Shown: piece by piece, positions 49,728 through 60,526 of the stretch
Layout: every line of letters begins with the position of its first letter
How positions within the stretch are numbered: position 1 is the stretch's first letter
Assembly (NCBI GenBank): GCA_046583315.1
Contig: JAYGCN010000052.1
Coordinates: 32,001 to 96,000, forward strand
Source of the DNA: Candidatus Hydrogenedentota bacterium
GTDB lineage: Bacteria; Hydrogenedentota; Hydrogenedentia; Hydrogenedentales; GCA-2746185
Reading direction: 5' to 3'
DNA length: 64,000 nt
Notes under the pieces: model-generated
The model's database searches: none
Seen by the model: the letters and a program-made list of their open reading frames with translations, nothing else
What the model was told of the DNA's origin: nothing
Made by a program: the position numbers and the translations under genes

Positions 49728-51253
49728 TTCTTCCCGGATTGGAGAGCTTGTCGGCCTGCTTTGAATATGTCCACATCGCGGTCGTTGGTCTGATCAGGAC
49801 CGGGAGTACTTCGGCCGCGGGCAACGTAGTGTTCAAGTTTTGAGGTGAGTCGAGCAACCACATTCGGGTAAACCCCGGCGAGATTGTTGCTCTCCCCGAT
49901 GTCGTCTTTGAGGTTGTATAGTTGGACCGCGGGCAGCTCCGATAAATCCGCGCGGCCCGGTCGTGGATTACTCCATCCACCGGACCCGGGACAAAGCGCT
50001 AGTTTCCAGTCACCTTCCGTGATGGCGAATGAGCCGTTTATGGAGTGATGCACGACGTCCGTGCGCTCGTGTGTTTTCTCTTTACGATTAAACAACGGCA
50101 CCATGCTGACACTGTCCACCGCTTCTTCAGGTGTTAACGCGACATCCAGGATGTCGGCGGTGGTGGCCATGAGATCGCCGAGACTCACGGGCGCGTCTGT
50201 CTTGGAATTCTTCTTGATGTGGCCCGGCCATTTCGCGAAGAAGGGGACGCGATGTCCACCTTCGAATATATCAGCCTTGTGTCCCCGGAAGACGTAACTG
50301 GGGTCATGTCCTTTATCCGCTAACTCGCGAAAGTTTGCCTCGGGAGAACATCCGTTGTCGCTGGTGAAAATGACGAGTGTGTTTTCGCTCAGTCCGTTGC
50401 GCTCAAGCGCGGCAAGCACTTCTCCGACTGTGTGGTCGACTTGCATGACGAAATCGGCGTATCCGTTCACGTTACTCTTGCCAGCCCATTCGTCGGTAGG
50501 CACGATGGGTGTGTGCGGTGCGGTGAGAGGGAAATAGAGGAAGAAGGGTTCGCCGTTTTTCGCGGCGTTTGCATGGTGATCGATGTAGTTCCCGGCGCGA
50601 CGTGTGAGTTCGGGCAACACGTCGAGCGCTTCGAAGTCTTTTTCCGCGATGCCGTCGCGGTAGAAATGTTTCGTTACGGTTGGGATACCGATGAGTTCGT
50701 CACCTTCGATGTAGACGAACGGCGGGATATCGAGTGAGGCCGTGATGCCGAAGAATTCGTCGAAGCCGTGAACGAGTGGACCGTTGCCGACCGGTTTCGT
50801 GAAATCGATTGTGTTACTATCCGCACCACGTGCGGCAAGACCACCATTCTTGAGCGTCCAGTCCAGCCCGAGATGCCATTTTCCGATGCAGGCCGTGGCG
50901 TATCCCTGACGCTTCAATAATTCGGCCACCGTGACGCGGTCATGCTGAATCAGATGTGGTGAGTAACTCCAGGCGACTCCCTGTTCGAGCGTCGAACGCC
51001 AATTGTAGCGTCCCGTGAGCACACTGTAACGGGTCGGAGTGCAGACCGCCGAAGTGGAATGCGCATTCGTGAAGGTCATCCCGTCTTTGCCGAGCGAATC
51101 GATGTGCGGCGTGGGAATCTTCCCGTCGGGATTCAATGATGCGATGTCGCCATAGCCCAGATCATCCGCGAGAATATACACGATATTCGGTTTTTCCGCA
51201 TACGCTGCCACGGAAGCCGTGAGTAAAACGATGTAACAGAAGATTCTGATCAT
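49724..51253 (-). CDS. Arylsulfatase (S1 formylglycine-dependent)
   Basis: PNIVYILADDLG, CTPTR, GKWHLG, SDNG, KADIFEGGHRVP. Confidence 0.95.
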   Translation of the reverse strand: MIRIFCYIVLLTASVAAYAEKPNIVYILADDLGYGDIASLNPDGKIPTPHIDSLGKDGMTFTNAHSTSAVCTPTRYSVLTGRYNWRSTLEQGVAWSYSPHLIQHDRVTVAELLKRQGYATACIGKWHLGLDWTLKNGGLAARGADSNTIDFTKPVGNGPLVHGFDEFFGITASLDIPPFVYIEGDELIGIPTVTKHFYRDGIAEKDFEALDVLPELTRRAGNYIDHHANAAKNGEPFFLYFPLTAPHTPIVPTDEWAGKSNVNGYADFVMQVDHTVGEVLAALERNGLSENTLVIFTSDNGCSPEANFRELADKGHDPSYVFRGHKADIFEGGHRVPFFAKWPGHIKKNSKTDAPVSLGDLMATTADILDVALTPEEAVDSVSMVPLFNRKEKTHERTDVVHHSINGSFAITEGDWKLALCPGSGGWSNPRPGRADLSELPAVQLYNLKDDIGESNNLAGVYPNVVARLTSKLEHYVARGRSTPGPDQTNDRDVDIFKAGRQALQSGKK

Positions 51254-51351
51254 GGATAGCCTTTCAACTTAGTTTTGCGGAAAATCAGTGTAGCATAGTG
51301 CCATTTCGATCCGGTATCATCGCTACTTCTCGGTAGTACACAAAAGGGGCA

Positions 51352-52554
51352 ATGATGTCAGACACACCAAAAACTCCAGCACCCTCTGGACGCCTGGACT
51401 CACTCGACGCCTATCGCGGATTCATTATGATGGCACTGGTCTCTTTCTTCTTCGGCATGGGCGAATGGCTGAAGGGTACCGGGCTCGAAGAATTTGGGAG
51501 TTATCAAACGAGTCACGTTCCTTGGACCGGTTGTTCGTTATGGGATTTAATTCAACCGTCGTTCATGTTTATCGTCGGCATCGCCATGCCGTTCTCTTAC
51601 GCATCTCGCCGTGCACAGGGCGACAGCCAGGGAAAACTAATTGGTCATGCGATACGTCGCGCACTGACCCTCATCCTCCTCGGCGTATTTCTCCGTTCTA
51701 ACCATAGCGATTTTACCTATTGGACCTTCGAAGACGTCATCAGCCAGATCGGGTTGGGCTACGTATTCGTCTTTCTCACATTGGGTCGTGGAATCAAAGT
51801 TCAGGCCATCACCGCAGGTGCAATTCTCGTCGGATACTGGATCCTCTTTGCATTCTGGCCCTTACCCGAAGAGGGTTTCTCGCCATTTCCTAATGGTGAT
51901 GTCCAGTGGGAATACTTCTCCGGATTCGCGGCCCACTGGAACAAAGGCGCAAATCCAATGGGTTACTTCGACGCGTGGTTCCTGAACCTCTTTCCCCGTA
52001 TCAAAGAGTGGGGATATCATCCGGGCGGCTACGGCACACTGAGTTTTATCCCCTCCATGGCCACCATGCTCTTCGGCGTCATGACCGGCGAATTCTTGCG
52101 TGGGACAAAGACGGCCTTCGAGAAATTCACACGCATTGCTGCTTGTGGATGCGGGTTCCTCGTGATTGGACTCGCACTCGACGGACATATCTGGTTCGGC
52201 GTGGACTGGGACTGGAGCATCGTGCCGATCGTCAAACGTATCTGGACGCCGTCCTTCGCGATTTTCAGTACAGGCTGGACGCTGTTGATGCTGTCGGCCT
52301 TCATATTGGTCATCGACGTGTGGGGATTCAAAAAATGGGCCTTCCCCTTCTTCGTTGTCGGCATGAACCCGCTGACCATTTACGTGCTGGACCATCTCAT
52401 CAGGGGATGGATCATACACACCTATAAGACCCACGTGACCCCGCTGTCCGAGAGCCTCGGAAGCAACGAGCTAGTGATGTACATTGTCTCGATACTGGTG
52501 CTGTGGGGAATTCTATTTTGGATGTACCGCAAGAAACTTTTCATCCGCATCTAA
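51352..52554 (+). CDS. DUF5009/HGSNAT-like membrane acyltransferase
   Basis: RLDSLDAYRG, WDLIQPSFMFIVG, PIVKRIWTPSF, VGMNP. Confidence 0.85.
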   Translation: MMSDTPKTPAPSGRLDSLDAYRGFIMMALVSFFFGMGEWLKGTGLEEFGSYQTSHVPWTGCSLWDLIQPSFMFIVGIAMPFSYASRRAQGDSQGKLIGHAIRRALTLILLGVFLRSNHSDFTYWTFEDVISQIGLGYVFVFLTLGRGIKVQAITAGAILVGYWILFAFWPLPEEGFSPFPNGDVQWEYFSGFAAHWNKGANPMGYFDAWFLNLFPRIKEWGYHPGGYGTLSFIPSMATMLFGVMTGEFLRGTKTAFEKFTRIAACGCGFLVIGLALDGHIWFGVDWDWSIVPIVKRIWTPSFAIFSTGWTLLMLSAFILVIDVWGFKKWAFPFFVVGMNPLTIYVLDHLIRGWIIHTYKTHVTPLSESLGSNELVMYIVSILVLWGILFWMYRKKLFIRI

Positions 52555-52625
52555 GTCTTTGCAGCATGACTGCACTCCATGATAACCTGAATATTCACCT
52601 ACAAACTGTATAGAGGAACTCAACA

Positions 52626-53459
52626 ATGAACACGATGACACGACGCGATTTTCTGAAGGTCGCCGGGGTATCGACGGCGACTGCAGGGCTTATGATGGCT
52701 GGATTACCAACCGTGGATGCGTATGCGCCCTACGGCGACTTGCGGATGGGAATTCAGTCCTACAGCTTACGGCATTTTTCCTTTGAGGAAGCATTGAAGA
52801 GGACGAACGAGCTTGGACTGAAGCACATCGAGCTGTTCTCGGGTCACCTGGATCACAATACCGCGACACCGCAGCAGATAAAAGATGCGAAAAGTCGTAT
52901 GAGCGATCTGGATATCACTCCGGATGCCTATGGCGTGAGTCCCTTCAGTCGTGATGAAGGCGCCGACCGCAAGATTTTCGACTTTGGTGCCGAGCTGGGA
53001 TTGATTTCCCTTTCGGCGGACCCGACGAAGAGCGCCTTTGATACACTCGACAAACTGGTTGACGAATACAAGATTCCTATCGCGATTCATAATCACGGCC
53101 CGAATCATCATTGGGGCAAACCGGAGGTGATTCTCGATGCGATCAAGGATCATCACAAATTGATCGGACTCTGCGCGGACACCGGACATTTCCTGCGCGC
53201 GGATGTTGACCCCATTAAAGCGATCAAGATATTGCGCGGTCGCGTCTTTGGTCTGCATGTAAAAGACTTCGTCAGTGAACATAAGGAAGTCATTGCAGGC
53301 GATGGCAAGCTGGACATAAAGGCGCTCGTAAAAGAACTCAAGAAACAGAAGTTCAAAGGCACCTGCTCAATTGAATACGAAAACAACCCCGAAGACCCGA
53401 TGGAAGACATTCGTAAAGGAATGCAAAACGTAGCAAATGCTGTAGCGGCGGTAGGTTAA
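52626..53459 (+). CDS. Tat-exported sugar phosphate isomerase/epimerase (xylose-isomerase-like TIM barrel)
   Basis: TRRDFL, GIQSYSLR, IHNHG, DTGH, HVKD, SIEYE. Confidence 0.9.
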   Translation: MNTMTRRDFLKVAGVSTATAGLMMAGLPTVDAYAPYGDLRMGIQSYSLRHFSFEEALKRTNELGLKHIELFSGHLDHNTATPQQIKDAKSRMSDLDITPDAYGVSPFSRDEGADRKIFDFGAELGLISLSADPTKSAFDTLDKLVDEYKIPIAIHNHGPNHHWGKPEVILDAIKDHHKLIGLCADTGHFLRADVDPIKAIKILRGRVFGLHVKDFVSEHKEVIAGDGKLDIKALVKELKKQKFKGTCSIEYENNPEDPMEDIRKGMQNVANAVAAVG

Positions 53460-53498
53460 AGGGATAATGCGAAGACACCAAGGGCCTAAGACGTAAGA

Positions 53499-53819
53499 AT
53501 GTCCGACGCAGAGTCAATAGTAGTCGAGAGAATCGAGGTCCGCGAAGACTGCCAGATTTACTTCGTGTTGAAAGATACCGGAAAATCACATTTGCAACAT
53601 ATTTATCGCGAGGGTCGGGAAGTCTATTGGGATCCACGGGCAAATGCGTTTAAGTCCACGCAGATGACCAACAGGGATGTCGTCGAATGGTTTCGTAACA
53701 TTATCGAGACTTGTCAATCCGTCGGAATCTCTCTCGAAATTGACGATTCCACGAAATGGGTAGGAGAGGTTGAGAAGTCGAAAATCGAGATCTGTCGCAA
53801 GCACGGCCTAGATCTCTAA
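53499..53819 (+). CDS. Small hypothetical protein resembling the integron cassette protein Hfx_Cass5 family
   Basis: IYREGREVYWD...WFRNII...STKW pattern; family assignment is from recollection and unverified. Confidence 0.6.
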   Translation: MSDAESIVVERIEVREDCQIYFVLKDTGKSHLQHIYREGREVYWDPRANAFKSTQMTNRDVVEWFRNIIETCQSVGISLEIDDSTKWVGEVEKSKIEICRKHGLDL

Positions 53820-53827
53820 GGAGCGCG

Positions 53828-53883
53828 CAGAGCATCGTATCGGTTCTTCTTTGTTTCTTTCTTCTTTCCCAAGAAGAAAGAAA
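53828..53883. repeat. Polypyrimidine/polypurine hairpin (copy 2)
   Basis: CAGAGCATC...CGGTTCTT, then TTTCTTTCTTCTT-TCCC-AAGAAGAAAGAAA; same TCCC loop as at 13426. Confidence 0.75.
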
Positions 53884-53897
53884 GGTTCTAAAGTAAT

Positions 53898-53946
53898 AAA
53901 AAAGCCCGCTGTTTCAATCTTGATGAAGATGAAACAGCGGGCTTTT
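53898..53946 (-). terminator. Intrinsic, probably bidirectional, terminator
   Basis: AAAAAAGCCCGCTGTTTCA...TGAAACAGCGGGCTTTT. Confidence 0.85.
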
Positions 53947-53952
53947 GCGTTC

Positions 53953-55092
53953 TTACTTAACCTGTTCGAGGATAGCGAAGCCGCCCGGGTTCCAGGCTTG
54001 CGTGATGACGTAGAATTTCCCGTTGCGTTCGATCATGACTGCGTTGTGAACATGTTGGAAATCTGCGAGGCCGAGCTCCGATTTGATCATGATGGTGGAC
54101 ACCACTTCGCCGTCTTTGACGATGTAGATGGGCGCGCCCGCTTCACGATCTTTACCGTGTAGGCAGCCGACGATGGTGTAGCCGGACTGATAATCAATGT
54201 CGCAGGGGAATGCGCCTTCGGGCAGATTGAGCGTGTTGAGATAGTTGCCTTTGAGATCGAACTCTTCGATTTCCGCGTTGGGACGGTCCGCGACGGCGAT
54301 GGTTTTGCCGTCGGGTTTAATCGTGATGCCATGGCCTGTGCCGAACTGACCCGGACGACTGCCTTTTCCGCCGAATGCCATTGAAGCCCATTCAGACGTG
54401 ACATCTTTCTTGGCTTTCACATTCGCGGTGAGCACGTAATCGAGCGGGGAATAGCCTGTGGTGATGTAGAATTTGTTGTTCACGACTTCGACATCGGTGG
54501 GAATGAATTTTTTGCCATCGGCGAAGTATTTTGAGACGCGATTTTCGTCGAACTTGGTTTCGGCAGTAGGGGATTCGAGAATGTTGAGCAGTGTGCCATC
54601 GAGGTCGGTCGTGTAAATCCGCGCTGAATCGTTTCCGGGGAAGGTGAGGTAGGCTTGATCTTTCTTGCCATACCAGATGGTGGCGTTGTGCATGTTGGTC
54701 GGTTTCATTTTGCGGTCCGTGGGAAGTACGTCGACCGTTTTCAGATCATTGCCGATGCGCAAGATGCCGACTTTGGGAAGTGCCCAGTAGATTTCGCCTT
54801 TACCATCGCGACGGTCAACCGCGAATCCGCCGTGCGCAGACAGAATGCCGGGTTCGGTGGCAGCGGGCAGGTCAGCGGTGGAGTAGATGACTTTGAACCT
54901 GAGATCGCCCTGTCCTGAGGTTTTGCCCGAAGAAGCGGCGGTACCCGAGGCGTTGGCATCCTGCAATGCCAGCAGCAGTTCCGGGCTGGGTGCGCTGGCC
55001 TCTTGGCCGTGTCCCGGATGGGCCATCGCGGCAGTCGTGGCAAGGGTCATGCCTAGGCCGAGCAGTGTCGTGCGAATTGCGTATTTTTTCAT
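53953..55092 (-). CDS. Secreted NHL-repeat/beta-propeller protein
   Basis: Signal peptide, FGGKGSRPGQFGTGHGITI, VADRPNAEI, PCDID. Confidence 0.8.
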   Translation of the reverse strand: MKKYAIRTTLLGLGMTLATTAAMAHPGHGQEASAPSPELLLALQDANASGTAASSGKTSGQGDLRFKVIYSTADLPAATEPGILSAHGGFAVDRRDGKGEIYWALPKVGILRIGNDLKTVDVLPTDRKMKPTNMHNATIWYGKKDQAYLTFPGNDSARIYTTDLDGTLLNILESPTAETKFDENRVSKYFADGKKFIPTDVEVVNNKFYITTGYSPLDYVLTANVKAKKDVTSEWASMAFGGKGSRPGQFGTGHGITIKPDGKTIAVADRPNAEIEEFDLKGNYLNTLNLPEGAFPCDIDYQSGYTIVGCLHGKDREAGAPIYIVKDGEVVSTIMIKSELGLADFQHVHNAVMIERNGKFYVITQAWNPGGFAILEQVK

Positions 55093-55189
55093 GGGGGAAT
55101 CCTCTTTTGTGTCGGTTGGTAGCTGTCAACTCTACCGAATTTTCAAAGGATTCGCAAGCTCAATGGGTCTGGCGAAATGCCCTTCGTTT

Positions 55190-56692
55190 CTAGAGATCCA
55201 TGACGGCTTCGATGTCGGGATCGAGCTTGGGTGGTTTGCTGAGCAGCGATATGGTGAAGAACAGCGTCATGGAGACGATGATGGCGATTGCGCCGGTGTT
55301 GAATCCGTAGGGGATGGTTCTCCCCATGCCTTTGATGTAGACGAACTCGATGAAGAAGATGATGGTGATGGCGGAGATCATCGCGACATTAGCCGCAAGA
55401 GCGGTCGCGCGTTTCCAGTTAAAGCCGATGGCGACGACGGGCACGATGGATGCCGCGAAGACGCTCCAGCCGAAGGTGCCGAGCAGGGCGACGAGTGAGG
55501 ACGGGGCGTTCAACGCGAAGACGGCCGCGACGATAGCGATCACGAGGGTCATGATGCGAGCCATACGGAGTTCGTGTCTGAGGGGGCGCCCGATGATGGC
55601 TTTGGGCATGTCGTGAACGACGGCTGACGCACCGATGTTGAGGAAGCCGTCTGCGGTGGACATGATGGCGGCGAAGAGTCCGGCGAATACGATACCGGCG
55701 AGCATGGGGTGCGCGTAATTGTTAAGGAAGGCCGGCGCGGCCTCATCGGGACTGCCCAGTTCGGGGTGCGCACCTTGCAACACGAGCGCGCGTATGACGA
55801 AGCCGATGCTGATCCAGAGGAGCGCGGAAACGGAATAACCGATGACACTCACGGGCAGGATGTGTTTCGTGTCTCCGATATTTTTGGTCATCATCATTTT
55901 TGTGATGATGTGGGGCTGTCCTGCGCCGCCAATGCCGAAGATCAGGAACCAGGAGAGGCAGCCCATAATGCCGAAGGTACCCCAGGGAGAGACGGATTCG
56001 GTATCATCGGCCATTACCGTGGTGATCACGCCTGCGACGCCGCCATCAACGGCTGCCAAGGCCGAAAAGAAGACCAATAGGGCAGCCACGACCATAATGG
56101 AGCCTTGCACCAGGTCGGTGTATACGGAAGCGATGATGCCCCCGGTGACGCAATAGAACACGAGCACGGCGACGGAGATGGACATGCAGGTGAGGGTGGA
56201 GACTTCGCCTATCCATTCGACGTTACCGAAAATTTCCTGGAGTACGACCGTCATCGCCATGATTTGTGCGCCGAGGTAGGTGATGACGCCCAGGAATATT
56301 ACGAGCCCGGTCATGAATCGCGCGAGTTCGCTGTTGTAGCGAGCGGCAACCGCGTCGGGCAGTGAAATGGAGTTACGCAATTCGGCAAACATGCGTAAGC
56401 GTTTTCCCAACAGGAAAAATGACATGCTGAATCCGATGGTGGAGCAGATGATCATCCACATGGAACTCGTGCCCATGCGATAAATGAGGCCGGGACCTCC
56501 GACGAATCCGAACCCGCTAAGCGTGCTGGAAAATACGGCGAGAGAGGTGACCATGATGCCGAGATCGCGCCCGGCCATGAAAAAGTCGCTTGTGTTTTTG
56601 GTGCGACGAAGCGCCCAGATGCCGACGCCGATGCACAGCACCATGTAGACGGACACGCAGATGAGGACGATGAGGTTGCGTTGCTCTTCCAT
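55190..56692 (-). CDS. Sodium:solute symporter (PutP/PanF-like)
   Basis: DFFMAGR, SGFGFVGGPG, GGIIASVYTDLVQ, GQPH, AAIMSTAD. Confidence 0.93.
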   Translation of the reverse strand: MEEQRNLIVLICVSVYMVLCIGVGIWALRRTKNTSDFFMAGRDLGIMVTSLAVFSSTLSGFGFVGGPGLIYRMGTSSMWMIICSTIGFSMSFFLLGKRLRMFAELRNSISLPDAVAARYNSELARFMTGLVIFLGVITYLGAQIMAMTVVLQEIFGNVEWIGEVSTLTCMSISVAVLVFYCVTGGIIASVYTDLVQGSIMVVAALLVFFSALAAVDGGVAGVITTVMADDTESVSPWGTFGIMGCLSWFLIFGIGGAGQPHIITKMMMTKNIGDTKHILPVSVIGYSVSALLWISIGFVIRALVLQGAHPELGSPDEAAPAFLNNYAHPMLAGIVFAGLFAAIMSTADGFLNIGASAVVHDMPKAIIGRPLRHELRMARIMTLVIAIVAAVFALNAPSSLVALLGTFGWSVFAASIVPVVAIGFNWKRATALAANVAMISAITIIFFIEFVYIKGMGRTIPYGFNTGAIAIIVSMTLFFTISLLSKPPKLDPDIEAVMDL

Positions 56693-57273
56693 TATACAGC
56701 CCCTCCATCACGTTCCTGTTTGGCATCCATGATGGCCTTGAATTTCGCTTCGGTATCGGGGTCCCAAAAATATTTCGGATAGGTCTTGACGAAGAGGATG
56801 ATAAAAAATGCCGGGAAGAGCCAATAGCCATAAACCATCCACGCAGTCGGGATGGGCAACAACAGGAATCGGGCCTCGGTATTTCCGTTCATGTAATCGG
56901 AGTACGTCCAGACCATTGCGGTCCAAATCAGGACGTATATGATTCCGCCAATAAGGAGAGGTTTCCCGATGGGACCGACCACGTCGTTCTGTCTCGCTCC
57001 GAAGGCCAGGGTACTCACGAAAAGGATGGCGATGATGGTGCCGAAGAGCCAGCCCAGCCAGAGAATGTGTTCGTGTCGTGCCTCACCGGGACCACCCTGC
57101 AGCATGGTTTCGAATTCGGGATGCGTGGTTCCGTGCCCGTCGTGTGCCACCGTAATCGCTTGCGTATCGGCATTTAGCACGTCATACGCGGGTTGCTCTT
57201 CGATGGTAAATACCATTAGCAGAACGAAACACATTCCAAGGCAGCAAAGATACAAAAGCCACTGAAGTTTCAT
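56692..57273 (-). CDS. Membrane protein translationally coupled to the SSS symporter
   Basis: Start MKLQWLL at 57273 with AAGGA SD; four hydrophobic segments; 1-nt overlap with the symporter start. Confidence 0.75.
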   Translation of the reverse strand: MKLQWLLYLCCLGMCFVLLMVFTIEEQPAYDVLNADTQAITVAHDGHGTTHPEFETMLQGGPGEARHEHILWLGWLFGTIIAILFVSTLAFGARQNDVVGPIGKPLLIGGIIYVLIWTAMVWTYSDYMNGNTEARFLLLPIPTAWMVYGYWLFPAFFIILFVKTYPKYFWDPDTEAKFKAIMDAKQERDGGAV

Positions 57274-57437
57274 CGACTTGTCCTTTCGATTCCTGCGGAT
57301 TATGAAAGGATGCAGTCTATCGATGTGGCGCGGGGGATTCAACCTGTCGCTTGCCACGGACGGGTTGAATCGGAACGGAGGCTTGTATATGATTGCCAGA
57401 CGAGCAAAACGGCGTTTCAGCGAAAGGGCACTGGTGC

Positions 57438-58544
57438 ATGGCACAGGTTGTGTTGAAGGGGGTCGGCAAGGAGTATCCGGGCGGTGTACGTGCCGTGGAG
57501 GGATTCAACCTTTCAATTGCTGATGGCGAGCTGATCGTGCTCGTCGGGCCGTCAGGGTGTGGCAAATCGACGACCCTGAGAATGATAGCCGGGCTCGAAG
57601 AGGTTACTGATGGCAGCATCATTATCGGGGATCGCGTGGTAAACGATGTCGCACCGAAGGACCGCGATATTGCGATGGTCTTCCAGAATTACGCGCTGTA
57701 TCCCCACATGTCGGTTTACAAGAACATCGCGTTCGGCCTGAAATTGCGCAAAGTGCCCCGCAAAGAAATCAAAGAGACCGTACATGAAGTTGCCGAAACA
57801 CTCGGGTTGACCGATCTGCTTCACCGCAAACCCAAAGCACTGTCCGGTGGTCAGCGGCAACGTGTGGCACTCGGTCGTGCCATCGTTCGCGATCCCAAAG
57901 TATTCCTTTTCGATGAACCCTTGTCCAATCTGGACGCTCAACTGCGTGTGCAGATGCGCGCCGAAATCGGACGCCTTCACAGTCGCCTCAACACGACAAT
58001 GGTTTACGTCACGCACGATCAAGTGGAGGCCATGACGCTGGGGGATCGAATCGTGGTGATGCTTGACGGCGTGATTCAGCAGGTAGCCACGCCGAGCGAC
58101 TTGTACGCGAAGCCTGTAAACAAATTTGTCGCCGGATTTATCGGTAGCCCCCCCATGAATTTTCTGGAAGGAAGAATCGAAGCTGAAGGGGATGAACTGA
58201 TGTTCGTTGCGCCAGGGAGCGTGCGTCTACGGATTGCAGGTTACCTGGCACCCGTTCTGGAGCCGTACAAGGACAAAGAGATAACGATGGGGATTCGACC
58301 CGAGTTATTTTCGCATCCTGTTGAGGCTGACCGAGTGGCGAACACATCAGTCACGGGCAATGTTGATGTCGTCGAACCCTTGGGCGCGGAGGCCTATGTC
58401 CATTTGACAGTTGGGGACACATCGATCACCGCCCGCATGGATAGCGAAGAGCTACCATCGGTCAATGAAAGCTTTACGATGGATGTTGATATGAGCAAGG
58501 TTCAATTTTTCGATCCGCAATCCGAACGCACGATTCTGGGATAG
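57438..58544 (+). CDS. MalK/UgpC-type sugar ABC transporter ATP-binding protein
   Basis: [48 protein letters not shown]-terminus. Confidence 0.95.
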   Translation: MAQVVLKGVGKEYPGGVRAVEGFNLSIADGELIVLVGPSGCGKSTTLRMIAGLEEVTDGSIIIGDRVVNDVAPKDRDIAMVFQNYALYPHMSVYKNIAFGLKLRKVPRKEIKETVHEVAETLGLTDLLHRKPKALSGGQRQRVALGRAIVRDPKVFLFDEPLSNLDAQLRVQMRAEIGRLHSRLNTTMVYVTHDQVEAMTLGDRIVVMLDGVIQQVATPSDLYAKPVNKFVAGFIGSPPMNFLEGRIEAEGDELMFVAPGSVRLRIAGYLAPVLEPYKDKEITMGIRPELFSHPVEADRVANTSVTGNVDVVEPLGAEAYVHLTVGDTSITARMDSEELPSVNESFTMDVDMSKVQFFDPQSERTILG

Positions 58545-58549
58545 CGGAT

Positions 58550-59536
58550 ATGGAGTATCTCAAGGGCAAAAACGTGCTGATTCTGGGCGGCCTTGGTTTT
58601 ATCGGGAGCACGTTGGCGGTGCGTTGTATCCAACAGGATGCCACGGTTACCATTCTCGACTCGCTCATCAACCATGGTGGCGGAAATCCCGACAATCTTG
58701 GCGGCTATACGAATCGTGCACGAATCATTGTCAACGACATCCGGGATTACAATCTGATAGAGCCGGTGGTATCCGAGCAGGACTTTATATTTAATTGCGC
58801 GGGACACACCTCGCATGCTTACTCACAGCAGGACCCCTTTCTCGATATCGACATCAATTGTAAAGGCACGATGAACGTGTTGGAGTGTCTGCGCCGAAAT
58901 AATCCTGACGCACGGGTCGTTTACATCGGCACGAGTACGCGGTGCGGGGCGATGTTGCATGAGCCTATTGACGAGATGCACCCCGAGTTTCCGCTGGACG
59001 TGTATTCCGCGAACAAGAGTGCGGCGGAAAAGTATCATCTAATTTGTCATCGGACCCACGGTCTGCGGACTTCGGTGGTTCGGCTGGCCAATATTTATGG
59101 CCCGCGCGCAAACATCAGAAGCAGCGACTCCGGTGTACTAAATTTCTTTATTGGACTGGCCTTGCAGGGCAAAGATCTGACCATTTATGGAGACGGTACT
59201 CAAAAACGTAATATATTGTACGTCGAGGATTGTGTGGATGCGATATTAACCGTGGCGACATCGGACGAGGCGCTGGGGCAACTGTATTTCGCTGCCGGCG
59301 ACGAGGAATATTCAGTTACGGAATTTGCCAAGGCCATTGTCGATGTATTGGGGAAAGGCACGGTCGACCACGTGGAGTGGCCCGAGCATTGGGTCAATAT
59401 GGACGTGGGATCGGTATCGGTTTCGAACGCAAAAATAAAATCCGCTCTGGGATGGGAACCAAAAACCTCACTAAGAGATGGATTGAAGCAGACCTGGTCG
59501 TTTTTCGAAGAGCGACTGGAAACCTATCTGGGGTAA
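58550..59536 (+). CDS. NAD-dependent epimerase/dehydratase
   Basis: [27 protein letters not shown]. Confidence 0.92.
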   Translation: MEYLKGKNVLILGGLGFIGSTLAVRCIQQDATVTILDSLINHGGGNPDNLGGYTNRARIIVNDIRDYNLIEPVVSEQDFIFNCAGHTSHAYSQQDPFLDIDINCKGTMNVLECLRRNNPDARVVYIGTSTRCGAMLHEPIDEMHPEFPLDVYSANKSAAEKYHLICHRTHGLRTSVVRLANIYGPRANIRSSDSGVLNFFIGLALQGKDLTIYGDGTQKRNILYVEDCVDAILTVATSDEALGQLYFAAGDEEYSVTEFAKAIVDVLGKGTVDHVEWPEHWVNMDVGSVSVSNAKIKSALGWEPKTSLRDGLKQTWSFFEERLETYLG

Positions 59537-59544
59537 TTATATTC

Positions 59545-60522
59545 ATGCGTGTTCAAGTTGTAGGGGCAGGAAGCTGGGGGTTGGCGTTGGCGCGTCTGCT
59601 GGCGCTCAATGGGAATGAGGTAAGCGTCTGGTGTCGTGAAGAGGACAATCCCGATGCATTGCGTGAAACTCGGGAGAGTCCGATTTTTCTGCCAGGGGTT
59701 GAGATTCCCGCGAGCATTGACATCGTTACGGAAACGGATCCCGATGTCGATATCGCCGTGCTTGCCGTCCCGTCCCATGTGATGCGATTGGTCGTCGGGG
59801 CGCACGAATTTTCGCCGGAAACCATCCGGGTTACGGTAGCCAAAGGAATAGAAAACGACACCCTGCATCGAATGGACGAAGTGATTCAAGAGGTGAGCGG
59901 TCCCTGCCCGGTGGTCGTGCTTTCGGGGCCCAGTCATGCCGAAGAAGTCGCCCGCGAACTTCCAGCCTCCGTATGTGTTGCCGGCGCCGATGAAGCAGCG
60001 TGTCTGAAAGTACAATCTGCCTTCCAGAGCCCTTATTTTCGTGTCTACACCACCCCTGATATCATCGGCGTTGAGCTTGGCGGGGCTCTCAAGAATGTTA
60101 TCGCGATTGCGGCCGGAGTAAGCGATGGATTCGGACTGGGGGACAATGCGAAATCGGCTTTGGTAACGCGCGGGTTGGCGGAGATTTCCCGACTGGGCAT
60201 TGCGATGGGTGCCGATCCCTTAACCTTCGCGGGGTTGAGCGGCATGGGGGATCTCATTACGACGTGCCTTAGCAAACATTCCCGTAATCGCGCAGTGGGA
60301 GAGCGATTGGCCAAGGGCATGAGCGTCGAAGAAGCACTTGCCGCGTCACCGATGGTCGCCGAAGGAGTACGTACAACGCAATCGGCACACGCGCTTGCGC
60401 AGAAATACAACATCGACATGCCTATCACGCAACAGGTATACCGCGTGCTCTTTGAAGGGGCGGATGCGCGCGAGGCGGTCACCGAATTGATGACACGCGA
60501 AGCACGACCAGAACAGGGATGA
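59545..60522 (+). CDS. gpsA: NAD(P)H-dependent glycerol-3-phosphate dehydrogenase
   Basis: GAGSWG, KGIE, SGPSHAEEV, GGALKNVIAIAAG, GDN, GLSGMGDL..TC.S.HSRN, AEG, MPI. Confidence 0.96.
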   Translation: MRVQVVGAGSWGLALARLLALNGNEVSVWCREEDNPDALRETRESPIFLPGVEIPASIDIVTETDPDVDIAVLAVPSHVMRLVVGAHEFSPETIRVTVAKGIENDTLHRMDEVIQEVSGPCPVVVLSGPSHAEEVARELPASVCVAGADEAACLKVQSAFQSPYFRVYTTPDIIGVELGGALKNVIAIAAGVSDGFGLGDNAKSALVTRGLAEISRLGIAMGADPLTFAGLSGMGDLITTCLSKHSRNRAVGERLAKGMSVEEALAASPMVAEGVRTTQSAHALAQKYNIDMPITQQVYRVLFEGADAREAVTELMTREARPEQG

Positions 60523-60526
60523 GGGC

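Noticed and set aside
59230..59544. Extended gpsA N-terminus (likewise the 45973, 36570, 57444 and 21522 starts)
   Set aside because: These overlap neighbouring genes or regulatory RNA, or lack an SD; downstream starts match the family N-termini.
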